Source of the DNA: Gemmatimonadales bacterium
GTDB taxonomy: Bacteria; Gemmatimonadota; Gemmatimonadetes; Gemmatimonadales; GWC2-71-9
Direction: 5' to 3'
Length of the DNA: 64,000 nucleotides
Assembly (NCBI GenBank): GCA_041613315.1
Contig: JBFJHJ010000008.1
Span: 20,544-84,543, forward strand
Shown here: positions 9,190-19,365 of the stretch, in pieces
Layout of the letters: every line of letters starts with the position of its first letter
Numbering within the stretch: the stretch's first letter is position 1
Notes under the pieces: model-generated
What the model was told of the DNA's origin: nothing
What the model saw: only the letters and a program-made list of their open reading frames with translations
Databases searched by the model: none
Made by a program: the position numbers and the translations under genes

Positions 9190-10521
9190 ATGGAAGACAT
9201 TTCCCTCCAATCGGTGCTCCTGCGGGCGGTCGCGGCCCTCGGTCTTGTAGCCGCGAACGCTTTCTTCGTCGCCGCCGAGTTCAGCCTCGTGGCGGCGCGC
9301 CGCACCCGTATCGACGCCATGGTGCGCAGGGGCGACAGAAAAGCTAAACTCGCGCAGAAGGCCATTCAATCGCTCGACCGCTACATCTCGGGCACGCAGC
9401 TCGGCATCACGGTCGCGAGCATCGGGCTGGGGTGGATCGGCGAGCCGACCATCGCCCGCGTCATCGAGGGCCTGTTCCGCGGCCTGCCGGAGCCGCTCAA
9501 CGTGGTCGCGACGCACGTCGTGGCCTCCACGATCGCGTTCATGATCATCACGTTCCTCCACGTGGTGCTGGGCGAGCTCGCGCCCAAGGCGGTGGCGCTG
9601 CTGCACCCGGAGGCCACGAGCCGCTGGGTCGCCGCCCCCCTCATCGCCTTCACCGAGGCGACCAACCCGTTCATCTGGGTGCTGAACGGCTCGGCCAACG
9701 CGCTCCTCCGGCTTTTCGGCATGCGCCCGGCCAGCGAGGCCGAGCGGGTGCACCAGCCGGAGGAGCTCGTGATGCTCGCCCGGCAGACGCAGCGCGCGGG
9801 CCAGCTCGCGACCCAGGACGTGCGCATGATCGAGGGGGTGTTCGAGTTCACCGAGAAGAACGCCCGAGACGTCATGACGCCGCGCACCGACGTGGCCGCC
9901 TTACCCGCGACGCTGACGGTGGGCGAGGTCGTCTCTCGGGTCGCCGAGGCCGGCCGGTCGCGCTACCCGGTCTACGGCGAGTCGCTGGACGACGTCGTGG
10001 GCATCGTGCACGTGAAGCAGATCCTGACCGCCCTGGCGGCGACGCCGGACGCGCCCCTCAGCACGATCATGCGCGCGCCCTTGTTCGTGCCGGGGACGCG
10101 CGAGGTGGAGGACGTGCTCACCGACATGAAACGCCTCAAGTTGCAGATGGCGGTCGTCCTGGACGAGTACGGCGGGACCGCCGGGATCGTCACGATGGAA
10201 GATCTTCTCGAGGAGATCGTGGGCGAAATCTACGACGAGTACGATGCGACGGCGCCGGCACCCGAGGTGAGCGCGGACGGGGTGATGTTGCCCGGCGACA
10301 CCGACATCGAGGACGTGAACAAGCGCTATAGCTTGAAGATCAGCGACGAGGCCTACCAGACGATCGGCGGCTACGTCTTCGGACAGCTGGGGCGGCTCCC
10401 CCGACGCGGCGACCGCGTGCACGTCAAGGGCGCCACGTTCGTCGTGACGGAGATGGACGGGCGGCGCGTCGGGAAGGTCAAGATGACCGCGACGCCGCCC
10501 GCGAAAGTGGCGGGACGGTAG
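9190..10521 (+). CDS. HlyC/CorC-family (CNNM-CBS-CorC) transporter
   Basis: NAFFVAAEFSLV, QLGIT..SIGLGWIGEP, GELAPK, CBS pair VLDEYGGTAGIVTMEDLLEEIVGEI; start chosen at ATG 9190. Confidence 0.92.
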   Translation: MEDISLQSVLLRAVAALGLVAANAFFVAAEFSLVAARRTRIDAMVRRGDRKAKLAQKAIQSLDRYISGTQLGITVASIGLGWIGEPTIARVIEGLFRGLPEPLNVVATHVVASTIAFMIITFLHVVLGELAPKAVALLHPEATSRWVAAPLIAFTEATNPFIWVLNGSANALLRLFGMRPASEAERVHQPEELVMLARQTQRAGQLATQDVRMIEGVFEFTEKNARDVMTPRTDVAALPATLTVGEVVSRVAEAGRSRYPVYGESLDDVVGIVHVKQILTALAATPDAPLSTIMRAPLFVPGTREVEDVLTDMKRLKLQMAVVLDEYGGTAGIVTMEDLLEEIVGEIYDEYDATAPAPEVSADGVMLPGDTDIEDVNKRYSLKISDEAYQTIGGYVFGQLGRLPRRGDRVHVKGATFVVTEMDGRRVGKVKMTATPPAKVAGR

Positions 10522-10545
10522 ATCACGGCGGTCCGCGGCACGAGC

Positions 10546-10577
10546 CGTCCGCCTGTCCGTCCTACCGTCTGTCCGCC
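10546..10577. repeat. Four-unit octamer repeat containing the pdxA stop codon
   Basis: cgtccgcc tgtccgtc ctaccgtc tgtccgcc. Confidence 0.8.
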
Positions 10578-11527
10578 GTTCCCGCCCTCTTTCCCGCCAG
10601 CCTCACCGCCAACGCCACCGCCTCGCGCATCGAGCCGGGATCGGCGACCCCTTTCCCGGCGATGTCGAACGCGGTGCCGTGATCCGGCGCCGTCCGGACG
10701 AACGGCAACCCCAGCGTCACGTTCACACCCTTGCCGAAACCGGCCACCTTGACGGCGGTCATGCCCACGTCGTGGTAGGGGGCGAGCACCGCGTCGAACT
10801 CGCCGCGAAGCGCGCGTACGAACACCGTATCCGCCGGCAGCGGCCCGGCCGCGCCCAGCGCCCGGGCCGCCGGCGCCAGGACGCGCTCGTCCTCGTCGCC
10901 GAACAGCCCGCCCTCCCCGGCGTGGGGGTTCATGGCACAGACGGCCAGCGTGGGCTCCGCGAGGCCCCACCACTGCTCGAGCGCCCGCCGGGCGATCCGC
11001 CCGACCGCGACCACCCGCTCGAGCGTCACGGCGGCTGGCACCTCGCGGAGCGGGAGGTGCGTGGTGACGAGCACGACCCGCAGGCGGCCGGCCGTGAGCA
11101 TCATCGCGACCTCGACCCCGCCCGAGAGCTCCGCGAGCCACTCGGTAAGCCCGGGGTGGCGATACCCCGCGAGGTGCAGGGCCCGCTTCTCCACCGGGGC
11201 GGTCACGACGGCGTCGACCTCGCCTCGAAGCGCCAGCTGGACGGCGGTCTTGACCGACTCCGCCGCGAGGCGGCCTCCTTCGGCGGGCGAGAGACAGGTG
11301 AACTGTGAAAAGTGCAACGCCCCTGCCGCGTGGCCGCTGTTCACCTTTCCCTTCTCACCTTTCACATCGAGCGGAATCCGCTCCGCCGCCGGCATCTCGT
11401 CGACGAGTCCGGCGGGTCCCACGACGACGAACTCGGCCTCCGCCGGCGGGTCCGCGAGCGTCTTCGCCACCACTTCGGGACCGATGCCGCGGGGATCACC
11501 CAGGGTGACGGCCACGCGCGGGGGCAT
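10562..11527 (-). CDS. pdxA: 4-hydroxythreonine-4-phosphate dehydrogenase
   Basis: TLGDPRGIGPEV, TAPVEK, NPHAGEGGLFGDE, GPLPADT, YHDVG, RTAPDHGTAFDIAGKG. Confidence 0.95.
   Translation of the reverse strand: MPPRVAVTLGDPRGIGPEVVAKTLADPPAEAEFVVVGPAGLVDEMPAAERIPLDVKGEKGKVNSGHAAGALHFSQFTCLSPAEGGRLAAESVKTAVQLALRGEVDAVVTAPVEKRALHLAGYRHPGLTEWLAELSGGVEVAMMLTAGRLRVVLVTTHLPLREVPAAVTLERVVAVGRIARRALEQWWGLAEPTLAVCAMNPHAGEGGLFGDEDERVLAPAARALGAAGPLPADTVFVRALRGEFDAVLAPYHDVGMTAVKVAGFGKGVNVTLGLPFVRTAPDHGTAFDIAGKGVADPGSMREAVALAVRLAGKRAGTADRR
11291..11365. repeat. 75-bp palindromic heptamer element inserted in frame in pdxA
   Basis: Arm 1 gagacag gtgaact gtgaaaa gtgcaac; arm 2 tgttcac ctttccc ttctcac ctttcac; 19-bp spacer. 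Confidence 0.85.
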
Positions 11528-11530
11528 GGG

Positions 11531-12874
11531 TCAGAGACGGATGTCGACGTACGTGGATCGGCGCAGCTGCTCGAGATACCGCTCCATCGCATTGCGGTCG
11601 GTGAGCACGCGGCGGATGTTGTCGCGCAGGTCCTCGTAGGTGAGATCGCCGGGCGGGCGCTCCCCGATCAACAGGATGGCCGCGTAGCGCGGCGGCTGGC
11701 CCGGCTGCGAGGCCAGCTCGACCGGCGCCACCGCGTCCCCGGTCTGCGCTCCGGCCAGCGCCTCGCGGTACGTGACCGGCAGGCTGTCGCGCGGGACGTC
11801 TTCGAGCAGCGACGCTTCCCGCTGATCGTGCACGTTCCGGACCAGGGAGTCGAAGCGGGTGCCGGTCCGCAGGATCTCGGCCACCTCTTCCGCGCGCGCC
11901 CTGGCTCGCGCCAGGTCGTCCGGCGTGAGCTCGGGAATGAACAGGATGTGCCGCACCAGCACCTCCGCCGGCTGCGCGCGATCCACCTTGATCACGTGGA
12001 AGCCGAACGGCGACCGGATCGGCGGCGACACGACGCCCGGACGCATGCGGAAGGCCACGGCCTCGAACTCCGGCACCAGCTGGCCTCGCCGCACCCAGCC
12101 GATCAGCCCGCCCTGTTCGCGCGATCCGGGATCTCCGGAGAAACGGCGCGCCGCGGCGGCGAAGTCGCCTCCTCGGCGCAGCGCCTGGGTTACACTGTCG
12201 GCGAGCCGGAAACTGGTCATCAGCGCCGCGCTGTCCGGTTCCGGCCGGATGGTGATCTGGCGCAAGGTCACGGTGGCCGGGCGCCGCGGCTGGCGGCCCT
12301 TATTAGCCTCGTAGAACGCCCGCATCTCCGACTCCGTGGGCGGAAGCGGCGTGATCTTTCCCGTCTGGCGGAGACGCTGGAGCAGACTCTCGCGAAGCAA
12401 CTCGCGGCGTTTCTGATCTGTCAGCCAGCGGCGGTATTCCTCCGCCGTGCCGAACCCCGCTTGGCGCAGCTCGCGCTGGTAGTCGCTCTCGGAGGCGAAC
12501 TGGCGCCGCACCTGCTGGATCGCCTGGTCCACCTCGATCTGGATGTCCTGCTCCGTGACCTTGACGTTGGTGTCCCGAGTCGCCGCCTGAACGATCAGCT
12601 CGTCATCGATGATCTGGTCGAGGAGGTCGCGACGCAGCTGCGCGAGCGCTGCGGAGTCGGTCGGGAAGTCGCCACCCCGCTGGGCGCGCAGGACATTCAA
12701 CTCCTCGTCCACGCGCGACCGCGCAATCGGCGTACTCCCCACGACCGCCACGATCCGGTCGACCAGAACGAAGCCGGAATCGCGGGCCGCGGGAGGGCCG
12801 ATGCTGTCCTGCGCCGCCGCGGGGGTGGCGGTCAGGGCGATGACGCCCGCGAGCAGCGTGGCGCTACGGACCAC
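11531..12874 (-). CDS. surA: SurA-like periplasmic chaperone / peptidyl-prolyl isomerase
   Basis: Signal peptide, VDRIVAVVG SurA N-domain, parvulin motifs (FSGDPGS..GG..G; FGFHVIKV), lies upstream of pdxA. Confidence 0.8.
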   Translation of the reverse strand: MVRSATLLAGVIALTATPAAAQDSIGPPAARDSGFVLVDRIVAVVGSTPIARSRVDEELNVLRAQRGGDFPTDSAALAQLRRDLLDQIIDDELIVQAATRDTNVKVTEQDIQIEVDQAIQQVRRQFASESDYQRELRQAGFGTAEEYRRWLTDQKRRELLRESLLQRLRQTGKITPLPPTESEMRAFYEANKGRQPRRPATVTLRQITIRPEPDSAALMTSFRLADSVTQALRRGGDFAAAARRFSGDPGSREQGGLIGWVRRGQLVPEFEAVAFRMRPGVVSPPIRSPFGFHVIKVDRAQPAEVLVRHILFIPELTPDDLARARARAEEVAEILRTGTRFDSLVRNVHDQREASLLEDVPRDSLPVTYREALAGAQTGDAVAPVELASQPGQPPRYAAILLIGERPPGDLTYEDLRDNIRRVLTDRNAMERYLEQLRRSTYVDIRL

Positions 12875-14264
12875 CGGGACCTCCCGGTACCGCGGGCGCG
12901 GCGCCCTGCGTCGCGCGGAGCGAACGGGCGCGCTCCCGCGCCTGTTCGAGGCCGGCGAACGACACCGACCAGCGCCCGTCGTCTTTGAGTCGCGCGGCGA
13001 GCGACGGCTCGACCACCTTCGCGTCCTGCAGGTTCGTCGCGAGCCGCGCCATGTAGCGATCCGCCGCGTCCGTGGCGGCCGCGAGTCGCTGAGCGGGATC
13101 GGTGACGCCGGCCAGCACCGAGTCGAGCCCCAGGGTCTGCCGCAGCTGTCCGACGACCTCGGCGAGCTGCGTCTTCAGCGCCGCGTACGTGGAGTCGTGG
13201 AGCCGGATCCCCCCCGCGCGGGCCTCGCGGAGCAGCACCTCGTTGCGGATCAGGGAGCGCAGGAAGTCATCGAGCTGTTCGTCGTCCGCGACCTGGACGA
13301 GCTGCTGGTCCCGCGGGGGCCGCGTCTGCAGCCAGCGGACGAAGTCGGCGACCGTGAAGGACCCGCCGCGATAGGTCCCGAGGGTCTTGCTCGAGCCGGC
13401 GGCGAGGTCGGGCACGAGGGCCGCCTCGCGCATCGCGGGCGGGGCCCCACCCTTCACCCGGATCCGCCAGTCGGTCTCGAGCTGCGCCAGGTACGTCGAG
13501 TCCACCTGCTGGATCAGCGTGCGCTCGACCGCCTGCGCGAAGTCGTCGCGCACGCTCTCCAGAAACGGCCGTTGAATGACGTGAAAGCCGAACTGCGTCT
13601 GCGTCACTTGGGAGATCTCACCGGGGCGGAGCGCGAAGGCGACGGACTCGAACTCGGGCACGGTCTGTCCGCGGCGGATGACGCCGAGGCTGCCGCCCCG
13701 CTGCCGGGCGCCGGGATCTTCGTTGCGCTCGTTCTCCCTGACCCACGGGCCGCCGTTCACGAGCCGGCCCCAAATGGCCTCCGCCGAGCGCTGCGCTGCG
13801 AGCCGCTGGGCCGGCGTCATCTCGGGCTGGGTGCGGATCAGGATGTGGCGGATCACGCGAAGCTCACCGGCGACGTATGCGCTGTCGACCGCGCGCGCCA
13901 GGTCGAGGCGCTCATCCAACAGCCGGTCGTGCAGCTCCCCCACCAGCGCGCGATAGACGCCGGGCCACATGACATCGATGACGGTGGCCGAGTCGAGCAA
14001 CGAGTCGCCCCGGGCGACCCGCTGAGCGAAGAGCGAGTACTCGACCCAGCGGTGCGTCCATCGCGTGAGGACCGGGCGGTCCGTCGGGATCGCCCGCCCC
14101 GCGGCGACCGTTTCCGCCAGCCGCTCGACGGTGAGGTGGTGGTCGTCGGCCCGAGCGACGACCGTCACGGTGCCGCTCAACGCGTCGCGCAGGTTGCACC
14201 CCGCGAGCGTGACAACCGCGAGCACCGTCAGCACGAGGCGTGCGTCGTTCCGTGTGCGTGTCAT
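12864..14264 (-). CDS. PpiC/parvulin-type PPIase lipoprotein
   Basis: LAGC lipobox; RHILI, GGSLG, VPEFESVAFAL, TQFGFHVI. Confidence 0.85.
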   Translation of the reverse strand: MTRTRNDARLVLTVLAVVTLAGCNLRDALSGTVTVVARADDHHLTVERLAETVAAGRAIPTDRPVLTRWTHRWVEYSLFAQRVARGDSLLDSATVIDVMWPGVYRALVGELHDRLLDERLDLARAVDSAYVAGELRVIRHILIRTQPEMTPAQRLAAQRSAEAIWGRLVNGGPWVRENERNEDPGARQRGGSLGVIRRGQTVPEFESVAFALRPGEISQVTQTQFGFHVIQRPFLESVRDDFAQAVERTLIQQVDSTYLAQLETDWRIRVKGGAPPAMREAALVPDLAAGSSKTLGTYRGGSFTVADFVRWLQTRPPRDQQLVQVADDEQLDDFLRSLIRNEVLLREARAGGIRLHDSTYAALKTQLAEVVGQLRQTLGLDSVLAGVTDPAQRLAAATDAADRYMARLATNLQDAKVVEPSLAARLKDDGRWSVSFAGLEQARERARSLRATQGAAPAVPGGPGGP

Positions 14265-17200
14265 GACTCCTCGTCACCCAGGGCGGTTCGCAACGCCCGC
14301 ACCAGTCCCGGACCGATGGCCACGCCTCCCAGCCGCCGCAACCGCAGCGCGAGCGGCACCGTCTGCCGCACCTCAGCCGCGAACTGTACTTCATCCAGCG
14401 CGGCGGTGAGCCGCATCAGCCGGGGGACCGCGTCCCCCCGAAACTTGAGCCGCGCGTCGTCCTCCCGGATCAGCACCGTTTCCAGGCCGAGCCGGACGCC
14501 GAGCGCGCGGAGCTCCGACAGCACGAGGAGACGTTCCGCCTCGGGCGGCAACGGGCCGAAGCGGTCGCGCAGCTCCTCGCGCACCGTGGCAATGTCGCAC
14601 AGTCCCGAGGCCTGCGCCAGCCGCCGATAGACGTGCAGCTTCGCGTCCTCGTCGGGCACGAACCGGTCGGGGAGATGCGCGGGACCGTCCAGGATCACCT
14701 CCGGCGGCGGCCGCTCGGCGGTGGCGCCGTCGCCCTGGAGCGCCCGCACCGTCTCGCTCAGCCAGCGCATGTACAGATCGTAGCCCACCGCGTGAGCGTG
14801 CCCCGACTGCTCCGCCCCCAGCAGGTTGCCCGCCCCCCGGATCTCGAGATCCCGCAGCGCGATGCGATACCCGGCGCCCAACTCGGTATGATGCTCGAGC
14901 ACCTCCAGCCGTTGCTCCGCGTCCGATTCCACCACGTCGGGCACGAGCAGATAGCAGTACGCCCGCCGGTGGCCGCGCCCCACCCGCCCGCGCAGCTGGT
15001 ACAGCTGCGCGAGGCCGAACTGCTGGGCGTCGTGCACGATCATCGTGTTGGCGTTCGGCACGTCGAGTCCGGATTCCACGATCATCGTGGAGACGAGGAC
15101 GTTCACGTGTCCTTCCACGAAGCCCCGCATCACGTCGTCGAGCTGCCGCTCGCGCATCCGGCCATGCGCGACCGCCACCGCGGCGCGCGGCGCGAGCCGC
15201 CGCACCCGCTCGGCGACGGTCTCGATCGTCTCGATCCGGTTGTGGACGAAGAACACCTGCCCGCCGCGGTCCAGCTCCCGGGCCATCGCCTCCTCCAGGA
15301 GCTCGTCATCCCAGGGCTCGACGAACGTGAGCACCGGAGAGCGGTCGCGCGGCGGCGTCTCCATGATCGTGAGGTCGCGCAGTCCCGCGAGGGCGAAGTG
15401 CAGCGTGCGGGGGATCGGCGTCGCGGTGAGCGTGAGCACGTCCACGGACAGCCTGAGCGCCTTGAGCCGCTCCTTGTGACGGACCCCGAAGCGATGCTCC
15501 TCGTCCACGACCAGGAGCCCCAGGTCACGAAACGTCACGTCCCGAGAGAGCAAGCGGTGGGTGCCGATCACGATGTCCAGCGCGCCCGACCGGAGCCGCC
15601 CGAGGACCTGCCCCTGCTCGTGTGATGTGCGGAACCGCGACAGCACCTCCACCGTGACCGGATAATCCGCCAGGCGATCGCGGAACGTGCGCCCGTGTTG
15701 CTCGGCCAGGATCGTCGTGGGCACGAGCACCCCCGCCTGCTTCCCGGCCTGGACCGCCTTGAACGCCGCGCGCAGGGCCACCTCCGTCTTGCCGTACCCG
15801 ACGTCGCCCACGATGAGGCGGTCCATGGGGCGGGCACGCTCCATGTCGCGCTTCGTCTCCTCGGTCGCGATCCGCTGGTCCGGCGTGTCCTCGTAGAGGA
15901 ACGACGACTCGAGCTCCCGCTGCCAACGGGTGTCGGGCGGATACGCGTAACCGGGCGCGACCGACCGGCGCGCGTACAGCTCGAGGAGCTCGGCCGCCAT
16001 CTTCCGAATCGCCGCCTCGGTTTTCTGCCGCTGGCGCCGCCACCGCGTGCCGCCCAACCGGTCCAGCTTGGGCGGCGGCGCCCCGTCGCCGCCCGTGACC
16101 GTGCGGTACGGCTCGATCTGCTCGATCCGATAGAGCGGCACGTTCAGCCGGTCGCCGCCCTCGTACTCGAGCACCGCCACCTCGAGCGTCGTGCCGTCCT
16201 CGCCCACGCGGATCGTCTCGATCCCGCGGTAGATCCCGATGCCGTGCTCCAGGTGCACCACGTAGCTGCCCACCGTGAGCGATCCCGCCGTCTCGCCAGC
16301 GAGCGCCTGCCGGTAGCGCCGCGGCCGGCGGATCCGCCGCGCGCGCCGGAAGATCTCGTGGTCGGTGAGCACGACCAGCTCGGGCGTCGCAAACCCGCCA
16401 CCCAAGGCGCCGAGCGCCAGGGTCACGTTCGGCGGAAGGCGGCCGCCCGGGTCGAGCAGCTCCTCGAGGCGCTCGAGCTGACCCGTGTTGTCGCACAGCA
16501 CGAGGGTGGGCCGCGCCGCCGCGATCCGAACGAGCTGCGCCACCTTCCGCTCCACCGGCGGCGGCGGTGTGAGACGGAAGTCGTGCTCCGCGCCGTCCAC
16601 CCCGATCCGGACGCGGGCCAAGCGCCGCCACTGCGCCTGCCATCCCTCCGGATCGAGAAAGACCGCCTCCCGGCCGGGAACGTCCTCCCCGCGCCGCCGC
16701 GCCACGTCGAGGTGGTGCGCCGCCTCCTGCCACACGCGCCCCACCTCGTCCTCGCTCGCCCCGGCGTCCACCAGCAGCAGCGCGTCCACGGGCACGAGGT
16801 CGAGCAGCGACTGTCGGTGCGGTTCCCCCTCCCCCGTGCCCCCGTCCGCCCCGGCGGACAGCCTGACCGCCGGTGGCGCCGCGGGGCGGATGGGCAACAC
16901 CGTTACCTCGGCGATCTCCCCGTGCGACCGCTGTGTGTCCAGATCGAACGTCCGGATCGAGATGATCTCGTCTCCCGACCACTCGACCCGAGCGGGCGCG
17001 GCCATGCCGAAGCCGTACACGTCTACGATCCCGCCGCGCACGGCGAACTGCGCCACGTCCAGCACCGTGGGGCGTCGCTCGTAGCCAATCGCCGCGAGCC
17101 GGTCCACCAGCGCCCCGAGCGTCGGTTCCGCTCCCCGCCGGACGGTGAGCCGGCCGGCGGCGAGGGCACGCGGCATACGGGTCAGCTCCTGGGTCGCCCG

Positions 17201-17566
17201 CAGCGTTGTCACGAGCACGCGCACGCGCCCCGCCAGCATCGCCTCGAGCGTCTCCACCCGCTCGCCCGCGATCTCGTAGTGCGGCTCCTCCTCACCCAGC
17301 GCCTCGCGCTGCGGATAGAGCCGCGCGACATCGCCGAGCAGCACGTCGAGATCGGAGAGCCATTGCTCCGCCGCGGCCGGCGAGGCCGTCGCCACCACGA
17401 TCACGCGCTGTGGCAGATCCTCCGCCAGGGCCGCCGCCAGCACCGCCGGGCTCGAGCCGGGAAGCCCACCCACCGCCTGCACGGCACCCTGCCCCGGCGC
17501 GGCGGCCCGAAAGGCGCGGTACGCCGGGAGGCTCCTCACCGCCTCGACCACGAGCCGCAGCGTCAC
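14261..17566 (-). CDS. mfd: Transcription-repair coupling factor Mfd
   Basis: VRGGIVDVY, CarD-like VVHLEHGIG, MDRLIVGDVGYGKTEVA, DEEHRFGV, TATPIPRTL, QLRGRVGR; GTG start overlaps upstream TGA. Confidence 0.96.
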   Translation of the reverse strand: MTLRLVVEAVRSLPAYRAFRAAAPGQGAVQAVGGLPGSSPAVLAAALAEDLPQRVIVVATASPAAAEQWLSDLDVLLGDVARLYPQREALGEEEPHYEIAGERVETLEAMLAGRVRVLVTTLRATQELTRMPRALAAGRLTVRRGAEPTLGALVDRLAAIGYERRPTVLDVAQFAVRGGIVDVYGFGMAAPARVEWSGDEIISIRTFDLDTQRSHGEIAEVTVLPIRPAAPPAVRLSAGADGGTGEGEPHRQSLLDLVPVDALLLVDAGASEDEVGRVWQEAAHHLDVARRRGEDVPGREAVFLDPEGWQAQWRRLARVRIGVDGAEHDFRLTPPPPVERKVAQLVRIAAARPTLVLCDNTGQLERLEELLDPGGRLPPNVTLALGALGGGFATPELVVLTDHEIFRRARRIRRPRRYRQALAGETAGSLTVGSYVVHLEHGIGIYRGIETIRVGEDGTTLEVAVLEYEGGDRLNVPLYRIEQIEPYRTVTGGDGAPPPKLDRLGGTRWRRQRQKTEAAIRKMAAELLELYARRSVAPGYAYPPDTRWQRELESSFLYEDTPDQRIATEETKRDMERARPMDRLIVGDVGYGKTEVALRAAFKAVQAGKQAGVLVPTTILAEQHGRTFRDRLADYPVTVEVLSRFRTSHEQGQVLGRLRSGALDIVIGTHRLLSRDVTFRDLGLLVVDEEHRFGVRHKERLKALRLSVDVLTLTATPIPRTLHFALAGLRDLTIMETPPRDRSPVLTFVEPWDDELLEEAMARELDRGGQVFFVHNRIETIETVAERVRRLAPRAAVAVAHGRMRERQLDDVMRGFVEGHVNVLVSTMIVESGLDVPNANTMIVHDAQQFGLAQLYQLRGRVGRGHRRAYCYLLVPDVVESDAEQRLEVLEHHTELGAGYRIALRDLEIRGAGNLLGAEQSGHAHAVGYDLYMRWLSETVRALQGDGATAERPPPEVILDGPAHLPDRFVPDEDAKLHVYRRLAQASGLCDIATVREELRDRFGPLPPEAERLLVLSELRALGVRLGLETVLIREDDARLKFRGDAVPRLMRLTAALDEVQFAAEVRQTVPLALRLRRLGGVAIGPGLVRALRTALGDEES

Positions 17567-19365
17567 GGCTCGCCAGCCTTCAGCCGGCGTCCGGCGGTCG
17601 CGAGCACCAACTCGATGAGCGCGGCCACGAGCGCTGCCGCGATCAGGAGCCCCGTCAGGTCCGCGCGCCTGGCGCCCGTGAAGAGTTCGCGATCCATCGC
17701 CCGATCGGTCAGCAGCAGCGAGTGCGGTCCGAACGCGGCGCGCACGGCGCGGGCGTCGGCCGGTGCGAGGCGGGACTCCCGCCGATCGTGGTTCACCGCG
17801 ACCGCGCCCACCGTGTCCCCGCGCGCGCCGGTCAGGAAGTAGACCCCGGGGGCGAGGGGCGCCACGAGCCGGCGATCTCCCGCGAGGCCTATGGGCCCGC
17901 CGGGGAGGAGCAGCGCCTCCGCACCAGCCGGCGGGACGACCACCTCGCCCGGCCGGGCGCTCACGACCCAGGCCTCGCCGGCGGTGATGCGGTTGATCAT
18001 CAGGTCCAAGAACGGGATGAACGCGGCCGACACCGGGAGGTCGGTCCATTCGTCTTCCATGCGGCTCGCCACGATCACGTGTTCGCCCCCGCGCACCATC
18101 CACGGCTCCCCGCCGGCGGTGGCCAGCACCGGGCCACTGCCCACGAGGCGGTAGCGCCGCACGATCGTCGCCCCACGCGCCGCACCCACCGCGCCGTCGA
18201 GTTGCCACTCACCCTCGACGAGCTCGCCCAGCCGCCAGCCGAGACCGGCGTCGGCCAGCGCGCGGTTCACGGCCCCCGCGAGCGACGGATCCGCCGGGGG
18301 AAACAGCACCATCGCCCCCGACGTCAGGCGGTCCGCCAGCACCACGTCGGGGCCCTCGCGCACGCGGCCACCGGCGCGCAGCACCCCCACCCCCTCGCGC
18401 ACGAAACGCCCGGCCCCGGGAGCCACCGTGACCGGCGTGGGCTCGCGCACCAGCGCCGTGAACCACCAGCGGTCATCGGCGCTCAACTCGTCGGGGTCGA
18501 GCTCCACAAGGCCAGCCAGCCAGCCCCGCCGCACGGCGGAAGCCGGAAGCGCCACCTGGTCCCCGGGGGCCGCGACGGCGCGAGCGACGACGCGTCCGTC
18601 CAGCGTCAGGCGCACGGCAGCCTGGCCCCCGGTGCCGCCGCCGACGGCGACCACGACCGTGCCGTCCGGTGACCACACGGCGGGCTCGGCGGCCGCTGAA
18701 TCCACACTTCGGTTGGGGGGTGGTGGCGCGGGCTCCCAGACGAGCACCCGCACCGACGGTTCCGCGCCGGGCGAGAGCGCCGTCGCCTGAAGGTCACTCA
18801 CCACGACCACCTCCCGGCCGGCGAGCGCCTCGCTGGCCACGGCCGCCGCCGCCGCGCGCACGGCTCCTCCGAGGTCGAGTCGCACCGGCCAGGAACCCAA
18901 CGAGTCGAGCAGCGCCCTCGCCTCCGCGGGCGACAAGCGGCGCGGGATCCCGTCCGCGAGCACGAGCCAAAGCTGGTCGCCGGTCGCGGTCCGCTCCAGT
19001 ACCCGCCGGGCGCGCTCGACCAGCAGGTCGAGCACCCGGCGCCCGCCCACCACGGCGCCGGCCGAGAGGGAGTTGTCGAGGACGAGCCCCACCGCGGTGG
19101 GCGGGTGCCCACTCCCCACGGGCCCGCGCGCGACCGGCCGCGCGGCGGCGAGCACGATACAGACGATGATCGCGGTGCGCAGGAACAAGAGCAGCAGGTT
19201 GCGCAGCTTGAGCCGCCGGCTCTGCTCCCGCTCCGTGGTGGTCAGATAGCGCACGGCCGGGAACACGACGGTGGGCGGGAGCCGCCGACCGAGGAGGTGC
19301 AGCAGCGGCGGGATCGCGGCGGCGGCGAGCCCCAGGAGCACCAGCGGCTGGAGAAACCCGATCAC
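17563..19365 (-). CDS. BatA N-terminal domain / VWA-containing membrane protein
   Basis: GFLQPLVLLGLAAAAIPPLLHLL...LLLFLR..LAAARP (BatA), DNSLS MIDAS-like motif, VVVSDLQ; GTG overlaps DUF58 stop. Confidence 0.85.
   Translation of the reverse strand: MIGFLQPLVLLGLAAAAIPPLLHLLGRRLPPTVVFPAVRYLTTTEREQSRRLKLRNLLLLFLRTAIIVCIVLAAARPVARGPVGSGHPPTAVGLVLDNSLSAGAVVGGRRVLDLLVERARRVLERTATGDQLWLVLADGIPRRLSPAEARALLDSLGSWPVRLDLGGAVRAAAAAVASEALAGREVVVVSDLQATALSPGAEPSVRVLVWEPAPPPPNRSVDSAAAEPAVWSPDGTVVVAVGGGTGGQAAVRLTLDGRVVARAVAAPGDQVALPASAVRRGWLAGLVELDPDELSADDRWWFTALVREPTPVTVAPGAGRFVREGVGVLRAGGRVREGPDVVLADRLTSGAMVLFPPADPSLAGAVNRALADAGLGWRLGELVEGEWQLDGAVGAARGATIVRRYRLVGSGPVLATAGGEPWMVRGGEHVIVASRMEDEWTDLPVSAAFIPFLDLMINRITAGEAWVVSARPGEVVVPPAGAEALLLPGGPIGLAGDRRLVAPLAPGVYFLTGARGDTVGAVAVNHDRRESRLAPADARAVRAAFGPHSLLLTDRAMDRELFTGARRADLTGLLIAAALVAALIELVLATAGRRLKAGEP

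Noticed and set aside
17567..18208. 1315-aa Mfd fusion
   Set aside because: The extension is an off-frame reading of the BatA gene; a GTG at 17566 overlaps the BatA stop
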